Assembly (NCBI GenBank): GCA_047285535.1
Contig: JBJBDC010000001.1
Coordinates: 1,568,136 to 1,632,135, forward strand
DNA from: Synechococcus sp.
GTDB taxonomy: Bacteria; Cyanobacteriota; Cyanobacteriia; PCC-6307; Cyanobiaceae
Reading direction: 5' to 3'
Length of the DNA: 64,000 nucleotides
Shown here: positions 1 through 10,377 of the stretch, piece after piece
Layout: each line of letters begins with the position of its first letter
How positions within the stretch are numbered: position 1 is the stretch's first letter
Notes under the pieces: generated by a model
The model's database searches: none
Told to the model about the DNA's origin: nothing
Seen by the model: only the letters and a program-made list of their open reading frames with translations
Program-made: the position numbers and the translations under genes

Positions 1-520
1 GATCAAGGAAGGCTTCCATTTCCAATGGTGTGCCGCCCCAGCAATGCATGACTCCCCTCGGACACTTGCCTGTGAGTTGTCGCTCACGAAGTTCTGCAAG
101 CATGGGTTCAGCTGCATCCCTGCAGTGAATAATCACAGGCAGATCCAGCTCAAGCGCAAGATCAAGTTGAGGCCTAAGAACAGAGAGCTGCTGATCAAGA
201 TTTTTATCTCGGAAGAGATCGAGACCGAGCTCACCGATTGCAACAACACGCGAATCGTCGTGAGCAGCAGAACGTAAAACGCTGACAGTGTCTTCTGCCC
301 AATGTTTTGTATCGAGTGGATGAACCCCTACGGAGTAACGCATCTCTGGAAAACGATCAGCCAAGGCTCGAATCGCTGGGATTTCCGATGGCTCCACGCA
401 TGCATGCAGCAGGGAGGTCACACCAGCATCTCGCCAACGCGAAGCAACAGCATCAAGATCGTCTTCAAACGTCCGGAAGACTATGTGACAGTGACTATCG
501 ATCAGGGTTGGAGTGGACAT
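1..520 (-). CDS. tatD: TatD family hydrolase (3' end runs off the window)
   Basis: Not in the ORF track; hand translation from ATG at 520 gives MSTPTLIDSHCHIVFRTFEDDLDAV... and ...PRGVMHCWGG near position 40-60. DSHCH and GVMHC are TatD motifs; follows rpsT on the same strand. Confidence 0.93.
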   Translation of the reverse strand, partial: MSTPTLIDSHCHIVFRTFEDDLDAVASRWRDAGVTSLLHACVEPSEIPAIRALADRFPEMRYSVGVHPLDTKHWAEDTVSVLRSAAHDDSRVVAIGELGLDLFRDKNLDQQLSVLRPQLDLALELDLPVIIHCRDAAEPMLAELRERQLTGKCPRGVMHCWGGTPLEMEAFLD

Positions 521-527
521 CAGATCA

Positions 528-552
528 GGACCTGAAACTCGCCTTCAGGTCC
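528..552. other. Perfect 9-bp hairpin between rpsT and tatD
   Basis: GGACCTGAA-ACTCGCC-TTCAGGTCC, 7 nt upstream of the tatD start; no U-tract. Confidence 0.6.
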
Positions 553-570
553 CATTGTGCCGAGAAGAGA

Positions 571-906
<336 letters not shown>

Positions 907-970
907 TCACAGGCTTGCAATTCATTCAGTGCACAGGGCAATTAGCTTGAGAAAGAACGAGATTTAAGTA

Positions 971-2293
971 ATGACAGTGCTGAGCCATGAGCATCCGCCA
1001 GCGGGTCTCATCCGCTGCATCAGCACAGCGGCGCAAGCAGAACGGGAGCTCGATCGGCTCTCAGCCAGAACGAGCGGCAGCACGCAGATTGAAGCCGAGC
1101 AAACGGTCCAAGCGATTTTGGAGCAGATCAAGGCGGAAGGGGATCAAGCCCTGATCAGCCTCACGGAGCGATTCGATGGATTCCGTCCAGACCCACTCCA
1201 AATTGGCGCAGACCTCTTGGTAAAGGCCTGGGAAGAAACTCCTGCAAATCTTCGCGATGCCTTGGATCTCGCTCATCGCAGGATCCAAGATTTTCATCAA
1301 AGGCAGCGCCCAAGTGATCTGAGTGTGTCTGGCGTTCACGGAGAGCAGATCGGTCGGCGATGGCGCCCCGTCCATGCAGCTGGCCTGTACGTTCCAGGAG
1401 GGAGAGCCGCATACCCAAGCACAGTTTTGATGAATGCTGTGCCTGCAAAAGCTGCAGGGGTCAAGCGAATCGCGATGGTCACACCTGCTGGGGCAAACGG
1501 ATTGATCAACACCACTGTTCTTGCTGCAGCTCACATAGCTGGTATCCGCGAGGTGTATCGAGTGGGCGGCGCTCAAGCCATCGCTGCTCTCGCCTATGGA
1601 ACAGAAACAGTTCAAAAAGTTGATGTGATCAGTGGTCCAGGAAATCTTTTCGTGACCTTGGCCAAAAAATCGGTCTACGGCCAGGTAGGGATCGATTCGC
1701 TGGCAGGTCCTAGCGAAATCCTGGTCATTGCAGACCAAACAGCCAAACCAGAGCAGGTTGCCGCTGATCTGCTGGCTCAGGCAGAACATGACCCCTTAGC
1801 AGCAGCCATCTTGCTGACAACAGATGCAGAGCTTGCTCGCTCGGTTCCCCTGGAGATTGAGCGGCAGCTGGAGTCGCATCCACGCGAACAGATCTGCAGA
1901 CAATCACTTACACAATGGGGATTGATTGTGATCTGCGACAGCTTAGAAAATTGTGCTCTGCTTAGTGATCGCTTTGCACCAGAGCATTTAGAACTGCTGG
2001 TAGAGAGGCCTAGGGTAATGGCCGATCGCATCAACCACGCTGGTGCCATTTTTATTGGCCCATGGAGCCCAGAAGCTGTCGGCGACTACCTAGCAGGTCC
2101 TAACCACACCCTCCCCACGTGCGGAGCAGCTCGATTCAGCGGTGCCCTCAGCGTGGAGACTTTCATGAGTCATACGTCTCTCATCGAGTTCAACAAGGAA
2201 GCCCTCGATGCAACCGGGATTGCAGTGGAGACGTTGGCTATGAGCGAAGGCCTCCACAGTCATGCCAATTCGGTGCGGATCCGTCTTCAGTGA
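971..2293 (+). CDS. hisD: Histidinol dehydrogenase
   Basis: [60 protein letters not shown] motifs. Confidence 0.98.
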   Translation: MTVLSHEHPPAGLIRCISTAAQAERELDRLSARTSGSTQIEAEQTVQAILEQIKAEGDQALISLTERFDGFRPDPLQIGADLLVKAWEETPANLRDALDLAHRRIQDFHQRQRPSDLSVSGVHGEQIGRRWRPVHAAGLYVPGGRAAYPSTVLMNAVPAKAAGVKRIAMVTPAGANGLINTTVLAAAHIAGIREVYRVGGAQAIAALAYGTETVQKVDVISGPGNLFVTLAKKSVYGQVGIDSLAGPSEILVIADQTAKPEQVAADLLAQAEHDPLAAAILLTTDAELARSVPLEIERQLESHPREQICRQSLTQWGLIVICDSLENCALLSDRFAPEHLELLVERPRVMADRINHAGAIFIGPWSPEAVGDYLAGPNHTLPTCGAARFSGALSVETFMSHTSLIEFNKEALDATGIAVETLAMSEGLHSHANSVRIRLQ

Positions 2294-2299
2294 GCGGAG

Positions 2300-3016
2300 C
2301 TAACCCTGACGCTCCAGGCTGCGGACTCCAGCAATGCCATCACTAATTTCACCAACGAGAACTTCGTCAGCAAGATTGACGAAGAGGCCATTCTCCAAAA
2401 CACCGGGAAGATTGTTGATGTCGCGCTCGAGGGCAATCGGATCAGGGATCCCTGACTCAAATCGCACATCCAAGACAAGATTGCCCTGGTCGGTCACGAC
2501 AGGGCCTGCTTTACGGGTTGCCATTCGGAGTTCTGCCACTCCTCCCATTGATTTCAGACGAGATTGAACTTGCACCCATGCCCCGGGAAGCACTTCGACT
2601 GGTAAAAGGAATTCGAGATTTAAACGCTGAACAAGCTTCGTGGAGTCAACCACGACGATGAAACGTTCTGCTCGGTCAGCAACAAGCTTTTCTTGCACAT
2701 GGCAGGCTCCACCACCTTTGATTAACTGAAAGAAAGGATCCACTTCATCAGCACCATCGATTGCCAAATCGATGTGATCAATGGCATTCAACGCCCGCAA
2801 AGGAATCCCCAACTCAGCAGCCAGGACCTCTCCCTGAAACGAAGTGGTGACACCAACGACGTCACGAAGCTGTCCTGCTTGCAACCGCGCCCCGAGTCCT
2901 TCGATCATGAGAGCTGCCGTGGAGCCCGAGCCCAGGCCCACCACCATTCCATCGCAAATCTGCTTCACCGCAGCCTCCGCAACGGCTTGCTTCATTTGAG
3001 TTTGGAGATCCGACAT
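2300..3016 (-). CDS. rpiA: Ribose-5-phosphate isomerase A
   Basis: [35 protein letters not shown] motifs. Confidence 0.98.
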   Translation of the reverse strand: MSDLQTQMKQAVAEAAVKQICDGMVVGLGSGSTAALMIEGLGARLQAGQLRDVVGVTTSFQGEVLAAELGIPLRALNAIDHIDLAIDGADEVDPFFQLIKGGGACHVQEKLVADRAERFIVVVDSTKLVQRLNLEFLLPVEVLPGAWVQVQSRLKSMGGVAELRMATRKAGPVVTDQGNLVLDVRFESGIPDPIALERDINNLPGVLENGLFVNLADEVLVGEISDGIAGVRSLERQG

Positions 3017-3053
3017 CGATCATCTGCTGAAGGCGAGACCGTAGCAAGAGGTC

Positions 3054-4274
<1,221 letters not shown>

Positions 4275-4962
4275 TCAACGTTGACGTAGACCCTATTCTC
4301 GCGCTCAAGAGCTAACGCACGCCTTCTCAAAGCTTAAGCTCTGCAGACGATTCTTGGAGTCCCCCAAGAGTTCAGGCCCTAGTAAAAGCAAAGGTCAGTG
4401 CAATCAAACAGTGATCAGGATTGAACAGATTGCATCAATAATCCTAAAACTTGTAAATTTCATTGCAGCGACTCTCACTCCATTGAGTTGGAGCAAGGGG
4501 CTAATTCCTCAAGAATATGATTCTTGAAAGCACACACTTCGGATCAGTTGAATATATTTTAGCTTGCCCAAGCACCAAACCACTCGAACTTTTTTTAACT
4601 CGACGGCTACCAAGCAGCTCCGATGCGAGCCTTATCCAATCAAGATCAAAGGGAACGCCGACAGCTCCCAAGCCATGACATTCAGTCGAGAGGCCAGTGA
4701 GACTTTCAAGACTCTTTGTCTAAACATCTTGCTCAATCCCCAGAAACCGACCAGAAAAATCTTTGATCGGACACGTTGCGCGAACTGGGCATCGAGACCT
4801 GGGGATCGAAAAGCCTGACAATCGTCACGAAGTCATCACCACCTTTGACATAGAGCCAGGCAGTCTGAGGTTGATCCCAATCGTGCATTTTCAATTCCAT
4901 CTATAGCCTTCAAACCAAACCATGACTATGCATAGCCATAGGTATCAAAATAAATCTGGACC

Positions 4963-5880
4963 ATGCGCTTGGTTAAGGCGGCCGCCACTGGCCTGATCGC
5001 ACTCACATCGGCTTGCCTTGTGGCATGCCAAAAGTCAGTCCCATCCGATAGCAAAGCCTCCTCAGCTCAAGCAGGCAACGTGTTTGAAACTGGAAAGTTG
5101 AGAGCTGTCGTTATTGGCAAAATGCTGCCGATGGTCGATGAGACAGATGGCAAATATGACGGACTGTCTTTTGTGGTGCTTGATGCCATCCGTGATCAGC
5201 TGAAAACAGCACCTGAAAACAAAGCGGATGACATCGTCATCGAGCCAATTCCCATCCAGTCTGCGCAGGATGGACTGAACAAGATTCGTGCCGGAGAAGC
5301 CGATATTGCCTGCGGAGTTGCCTTCAGCTGGGAAAGACAGAGAACACTGACTTACACCTTGCCTTTTGCAACGAGCGGAGTCCGAGTCTTGGCACCCAAA
5401 GGCAATGACGGCACACCCGATAGCCTCAAAGGGAAGACGATCGGTGTGGTCAACGACAGCGCGGCAGCTGCGGTTCTGTCCAAATCCTTGGAGGATGCTC
5501 AGTTCCAATTCTTCAATACGCCTGCTGAGGCGTTGACAGGTTTAAAAGACGGAACCATTGAATTTCTTGGTGGTGACACGCTCTGGCTTAAGGCCAATTT
5601 GAAAGCCACAGCTCCAGATTCAGATCTCGTACCCGCTTTCCCTTACGCCCGATCAGGGGTGGGCTGCATTGTCGCCAACACCACTCCTCATCTTCTCAAC
5701 TACAGCAATTTGGCGATCGGCCGCATGTTGACTCAATATGTAGATGGCAATGAAGACGTTCGTACAGCGATCAACAAGTGGGCTGGTCCTGGAAGCGATT
5801 TAGGCCTCAGCGATGAAATGATCAGCGACTTCTTCTCCATCGTGCTTGGAACCACAGCCGAATTGTCTAGAGATTCTTGA
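4963..5880 (+). CDS. grrP: Extracellular substrate-binding-like lipoprotein, GrrP type
   Basis: Lipobox-like LVAC; amino-acid-binding-protein-like segments (GEADIACG, ERQRTLTYTLPF, LKGKTIGV); no permease nearby; directly upstream of a Gly-rich precursor and rSAM gene. Confidence 0.85.
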   Translation: MRLVKAAATGLIALTSACLVACQKSVPSDSKASSAQAGNVFETGKLRAVVIGKMLPMVDETDGKYDGLSFVVLDAIRDQLKTAPENKADDIVIEPIPIQSAQDGLNKIRAGEADIACGVAFSWERQRTLTYTLPFATSGVRVLAPKGNDGTPDSLKGKTIGVVNDSAAAAVLSKSLEDAQFQFFNTPAEALTGLKDGTIEFLGGDTLWLKANLKATAPDSDLVPAFPYARSGVGCIVANTTPHLLNYSNLAIGRMLTQYVDGNEDVRTAINKWAGPGSDLGLSDEMISDFFSIVLGTTAELSRDS

Positions 5881-5918
5881 TTCCTATTTTTTGCACCTGA
5901 TTCCACTTCACTGTATTC

Positions 5919-6239
5919 ATGAACAAGACAACTTTGCTCAGCATTGCTGCCCTTCTCGCATCAAGTGCAGTTCTTACAAATGCCACTCACTCTGCAGTGC
6001 TAAGCGAGCCTGATCCTCGTAATGCTCTCGAGCAACGCATCGAAAACCTTTCAGATGATGCCTTGACTGTGCGTAACCAAAGTAGTGCAGACAATTTCAA
6101 TCTGATTGCCAGAGCCTGGGGTAATGGTGGGGGCCGTGCTTGGGGCAATGGTGGGGGCCGTGTCCGGGCCCGTGGGTTCGCGAACGGAGGTCGAGGCGGG
6201 TTCGCTAACGGATACAACAGAGGCTTCGCTAATTGGTGA
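5919..6239 (+). CDS. grrA: GrrA/OscA-type Gly-rich RiPP precursor (cyclophane/triceptide)
   Basis: Hydrophobic N-terminus, LEQRI leader segment, core AWGNGGGRAWGNGGGRVRARGFANGGRGGFANGYNRGFANW; its stop overlaps the rSAM start. Confidence 0.92.
   Translation: MNKTTLLSIAALLASSAVLTNATHSAVLSEPDPRNALEQRIENLSDDALTVRNQSSADNFNLIARAWGNGGGRAWGNGGGRVRARGFANGGRGGFANGYNRGFANW
6114..6161 (+). repeat. Tandem 24-nt repeat encoding AWGNGGGR twice
   Basis: gcctggggtaatggtgggggccgt / gcttggggcaatggtgggggccgt, 22 of 24 identical, both differences synonymous. Confidence 0.9.
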
Positions 6240-7384
6240 ACCACGCTGACTACGGCCCGATTGGCCTGCTGGTGATTCAGGCAACTTCACTGTGCAATCT
6301 CGATTGCAGTTATTGCTATTTGCCTGATCGCCAGCGTAGGCGGATTTTTGATCTTGAGCAGCTGCCGCTCCTGATGAAAAGAATCTACGAAAGTCCATTT
6401 TGGGGACCTCAACTTTCAATTCTCTGGCATGCAGGCGAACCTTTGACTTTACCCTGCAGTTTTTATGACGAGGCCAGCAAAATCCTGCTTGAGGAAACTT
6501 CTGAACTACAGAATCAAGGGGTGCAAATTGAGCAGCATGTCCAAACCAATGCCACCTTGATCAACGATACATGGTGTGAGTGCTTCAAGCGCAACCATAT
6601 CGTTGTTGGAGTGAGCATTGATGGACCTGAATCCATTCATGATTCTCATCGACGCTTTCGAAATGGCAAAGGCTCCTATGAGATGACCATGCGCGGCATT
6701 CGCAAACTGCAAAAACACAATATCCCCGTCCATGCCATTGCAGTTTTAACAAGCTCTGCATTAGATGATCCAAAAAGGATTTACACCTTCTTTCGCGATC
6801 ATGAAATTCACGACCTGGGCTTCAATGTTGAAGAACAGGAAGGCGTCAACGCTCACTCCTCCATGCAAGGAACCAATCGAGAAAAGCAATATCATGACTT
6901 CTTAAAATCTTTCTGGACGTACAATCAAGAGGATGGATTTCCCATACGTCTGCGTGAATTTGATCAAGTCATGGAGATGATTGCAGGCGGCCAAAGACTT
7001 CTTCAAAATGAGATGAATCGCCCATATTCGATTCTAAGCATTGACTCCGCAGGTAACTTTTCAACCTTCGACCCTGAGCTTTTATCGGTCGAAACTCAAA
7101 AATATGGATTATTCAACCTCGGAAACATTCGCGAACACTCTCTCATTGAAGCCGCACATAGTGAGACGTTTCGCCGACTGCTCGAAGATATGAATAAAGG
7201 GACAAAAATCTGTCGTGAGCAATGTGATTATTACGGCTTCTGCGGTGGCGGTAACGGCAGCAATAAATATTGGGAGCATGGAACGCTTGCTGCTAGTGAG
7301 ACGTGTGCCTGTCGCTTCTCGACCCAGATCCCAGTCAATGTGCTTCTCGAACAAATTGAAACCAAGGGTGTGAAAACACCCTGA
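6236..7384 (+). CDS. grrM: Cyclophane-forming radical SAM/SPASM peptide maturase, GrrM/OscB type
   Basis: CNLDCSYC (CX3CX2C), WHAGEPL, QTNAT, GVSIDGP, C-terminal CREQCDYYGFCGGG...CAC; GTG start overlaps the precursor TGA (GTGA); ORF track starts at 6233. Confidence 0.93.
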   Translation: MNHADYGPIGLLVIQATSLCNLDCSYCYLPDRQRRRIFDLEQLPLLMKRIYESPFWGPQLSILWHAGEPLTLPCSFYDEASKILLEETSELQNQGVQIEQHVQTNATLINDTWCECFKRNHIVVGVSIDGPESIHDSHRRFRNGKGSYEMTMRGIRKLQKHNIPVHAIAVLTSSALDDPKRIYTFFRDHEIHDLGFNVEEQEGVNAHSSMQGTNREKQYHDFLKSFWTYNQEDGFPIRLREFDQVMEMIAGGQRLLQNEMNRPYSILSIDSAGNFSTFDPELLSVETQKYGLFNLGNIREHSLIEAAHSETFRRLLEDMNKGTKICREQCDYYGFCGGGNGSNKYWEHGTLAASETCACRFSTQIPVNVLLEQIETKGVKTP

Positions 7385-7401
7385 CCACATCAATCACAGT
7401 C

Positions 7402-7908
7402 ATGTTTCCACTCGCACGCAAAGCTCTTCGGTCGGCTTCAGCTATCGGTTTTGTCGCCGCTTGCTCATCACTGATTCTGACTCCCCCACCAGCAGCTCAT
7501 GCAGCATGCACTTTCCTCATGCCGATAGGCGGTAATGGCGACGGACCTAAGCCTTACATCGTCAAGAAAAGGGTTCAACGAACGAAACTCATTGGCCGAA
7601 GTAACTGGAATACTGACTTTGTCGTCAATCGTCCCTTTGCTTCCTTCAAACTCTTCTTCACAGCAGACTCATCTGCGAGCCAGCCAGGTGCCTATCCCAT
7701 CGAGGCTTTTTTAAAATTTGCAGACGGCAGCAACCTAAGAGTTGTCAACGAATTAATGAAGCCCCCAACAGGCACCGGAGCTCAATTTGGGCCATTCCAG
7801 CCACCAGCAGGAAAGGCTGTCAGCCAGGTCAACTTCAAGATTGGCGCCAGCAACGATCCAGGTGCAACCGGATTCAGTTACCGAATTTCCGTACAGGGCT
7901 GCGACTAA
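7402..7908 (+). CDS. Secreted hypothetical protein, last gene of the grr cluster
   Basis: 168 aa, signal peptide ending AHA-A, Cys near both mature termini, 17 nt after grrM. Confidence 0.8.
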   Translation: MFPLARKALRSASAIGFVAACSSLILTPPPAAHAACTFLMPIGGNGDGPKPYIVKKRVQRTKLIGRSNWNTDFVVNRPFASFKLFFTADSSASQPGAYPIEAFLKFADGSNLRVVNELMKPPTGTGAQFGPFQPPAGKAVSQVNFKIGASNDPGATGFSYRISVQGCD

Positions 7909-8015
7909 ACCGCCGAAGGGCAATCAATTACATTGTTACGAGGCCTGGTGAGTTCCTCTCTCCGGGAGGGTGATCGCAGTATCAACCATCGGGCCAGTCC
8001 CGATACCCTCTCTGA

Positions 8016-8489
8016 TTGCCCTTGCCTCACCCTCTGCTCCCAGATCTAAATGAATTGGCTTCTGCCACAGCTGCAGACCATGGATTTGAGCTGGCTGATT
8101 TGAAGGTCCTAGCCCACATGCAACCCATGACGGTGCAGATTCAAATCCGACATCGCGACGGACATGATGTGACGTTGGACGATTGCGCTGGTTTCAGTTC
8201 ACCCATGGGCCAAGCCATTGAGAATGCGGCCTTTCTCAACGAGGCTTATGTCTTAGAGATCAGCAGTCCAGGGATCGGAGAACACCTCCGCTCGGATCGC
8301 GATTTCCAGACTTTTCGTAGCTATCCGGTCGATGTGATCCACCGTGGCGACGACGGCAGTGAGCAAAAACACTCCGGAACCTTATTGGAGCGAACTGAAG
8401 ATCACGTACAGATCAATATGCGAGGGCGAATTAAACGCATCCCACGAACCTCCGTTGTTTCAGTCGAGCTGACCAATCCCACAGGCTGA
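8016..8489 (+). CDS. rimP: Ribosome maturation factor RimP
   Basis: VTLDDCA, YVLEISSPG motifs; first gene of the rimP-nusA-infB operon. Confidence 0.96.
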   Translation: MPLPHPLLPDLNELASATAADHGFELADLKVLAHMQPMTVQIQIRHRDGHDVTLDDCAGFSSPMGQAIENAAFLNEAYVLEISSPGIGEHLRSDRDFQTFRSYPVDVIHRGDDGSEQKHSGTLLERTEDHVQINMRGRIKRIPRTSVVSVELTNPTG

Positions 8490-8544
8490 CGCCTTCCAGC
8501 AGCTCCCCCAACCATTCCTTCCCAGACTTTCACTTCCGTCCTCG

Positions 8545-10038
8545 ATGGCTCTCGTCCTTCTCCCCGGCCTCAGCAACCTGATCGAAGACATCAGCGAGGA
8601 AAAGAAACTCCCCCCTCAAGTCGTTGAAGCGGCATTAAGAGAAGCCCTTTTGAAGGGCTATGAACGCTATAGACGCACGCTTTATTTGGGGATCAGTGAA
8701 GATCCTTTTGACGAAGAATATTTCAGCAATTTTGATGTGGCTCTCGACCTTGACGAGGAAGGCTATCGAGTTCTCGCCAGCAAAATCATTGTTGAGGAAG
8801 TCGAGAGTGAAGACCACCAGATCGCCCTAGCAGAAGTGATGCAAGTGGCCGAGGATGCCCAAGCGGGTGACACTGTCGTGCTGGACGTCACCCCTGAAAA
8901 AGAGGATTTCGGACGCATGGCCGCTGCCACGACAAAACAAGTCCTGGCTCAAAAGCTTCGAGATCAACAGAGGCGGATGATTCAAGAAGAATTTGCAGAT
9001 CTCGAGGATCCAGTCCTTACAGCACGAGTGATTCGATTCGAACGTCAGTCGATCATCATGGCGGTAAGTTCTGGACTCGGCCGTCCTGAAGTAGAGGCTG
9101 AATTACCAAGACGCGACCAGCTTCCCAACGACAACTACCGCGCAAACGCGACCTTCAAGGTGTTCCTTAAAGAAGTCAGTGAGGTGCCCCGTCGGGGACC
9201 TCAGCTGTTTGTGAGTCGCGCCAATGCAGGTCTAGTCGTCTACCTGTTCGAAAATGAAGTGCCCGAAATTCAAGAAGGTTCGGTGCGCATCGTTGCTGTG
9301 GCAAGAGAGGCCAATCCACCATCTCGATCCGTAGGTCCTCGCACCAAAGTTGCTGTTGACAGCATTGAAAGAGAAGTCGACCCTGTGGGAGCCTGCATCG
9401 GAGCTCGGGGCTCTCGTATTCAACAGGTGGTCAATGAACTTCGCGGAGAAAAAATTGACGTCATCCGCTGGTCCCCGGACCCCAGCCAGTACATCTCCAA
9501 CTCCCTAAGTCCTGCTCGAGTAGAAGTCGTGCGTCTCGTGGATCCAGAAGGACAACATGCCCATGTCCTGGTCCCCCCAGATCAACTCAGCCTTGCCATT
9601 GGACGAGAGGGGCAAAACGTTCGCCTTGCGGCTCGATTAACCGGTTGGAAGATCGACATCAAGAATTCAACCGAATACGACCAAACTGCCGAAGATGCAG
9701 TTGTCGCCGAATTGATCTCCCAGCGAGAAGAGGAAGAGGCCCTTCAGCGCGAAGCTGAAGAACGCCTGGCCATTGAACAAGCCGCTAGAGCCGAAGAAGA
9801 TGCTCGCCTGCGTGAGCTTTATCCTTTACCTGAAGATGATGAAGATTACTCCGAAGATGATGAGTATTACGAAGAAACCAAAGCCGCTAGTCAAGAACAG
9901 CTGAATGAGTCAATCGAGCAGGCAGAAGACACAACCGAAACCGAACCAAAAGAAGATCCACCCATCCCTGAAGAACTTTCTGACGTTGATTCCAACGCAA
10001 ATTCCAACCCAACCATCGAAGAGGAAGGAACCCGGTGA
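8545..10038 (+). CDS. nusA: Transcription factor NusA
   Basis: FGRMAA, DPVGACIGARGSRI, LSLAIGREGQNVRLAARLTGWKIDI; acidic C-terminal tail. Confidence 0.98.
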   Translation: MALVLLPGLSNLIEDISEEKKLPPQVVEAALREALLKGYERYRRTLYLGISEDPFDEEYFSNFDVALDLDEEGYRVLASKIIVEEVESEDHQIALAEVMQVAEDAQAGDTVVLDVTPEKEDFGRMAAATTKQVLAQKLRDQQRRMIQEEFADLEDPVLTARVIRFERQSIIMAVSSGLGRPEVEAELPRRDQLPNDNYRANATFKVFLKEVSEVPRRGPQLFVSRANAGLVVYLFENEVPEIQEGSVRIVAVAREANPPSRSVGPRTKVAVDSIEREVDPVGACIGARGSRIQQVVNELRGEKIDVIRWSPDPSQYISNSLSPARVEVVRLVDPEGQHAHVLVPPDQLSLAIGREGQNVRLAARLTGWKIDIKNSTEYDQTAEDAVVAELISQREEEEALQREAEERLAIEQAARAEEDARLRELYPLPEDDEDYSEDDEYYEETKAASQEQLNESIEQAEDTTETEPKEDPPIPEELSDVDSNANSNPTIEEEGTR

Positions 10039-10295
10039 ACGCATCGAGCCCTGTCCTCCGTCGGTGTGTTGCCTGCCGTCAGCTGCTTGATCGAAGCACG
10101 CTATGGCGAGTGATTCGTGACCATCAGGACGGGGTCCTCCTCGATCATGGGACAGGCCGTTCGGCCTACCTATGCCCGAATGAGGCCTGCTTTGAAGAGG
10201 CACGACGCCGCAAAAGACTTCAGAAATCCCTGCGATGCCAGGTTCCTGATGATCTAATGAGGGCGCTGCAAGCGCGGCTCACCAAAAATCGGTAG
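10035..10295 (+). CDS. ylxR: YlxR (DUF448) family protein
   Basis: RRCVACR, GRSAYLC motifs; lies between nusA and infB. Confidence 0.93.
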   Translation: MNASSPVLRRCVACRQLLDRSTLWRVIRDHQDGVLLDHGTGRSAYLCPNEACFEEARRRKRLQKSLRCQVPDDLMRALQARLTKNR

Positions 10296-10377
10296 CAGCC
10301 GCTGAGGCAAGATGAACATTGGCACCACTTGTGTGGAGCCCCGAGGCACACCGTGCCCGGACCGACCGGAGACCTTA

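Noticed and set aside
544..556. 13-nt identity (TTCAGGTCCCATT) with the hli leader
   Set aside because: Shared 13-mers arise often by chance in 64 kb, and this copy is antisense to the local genes.
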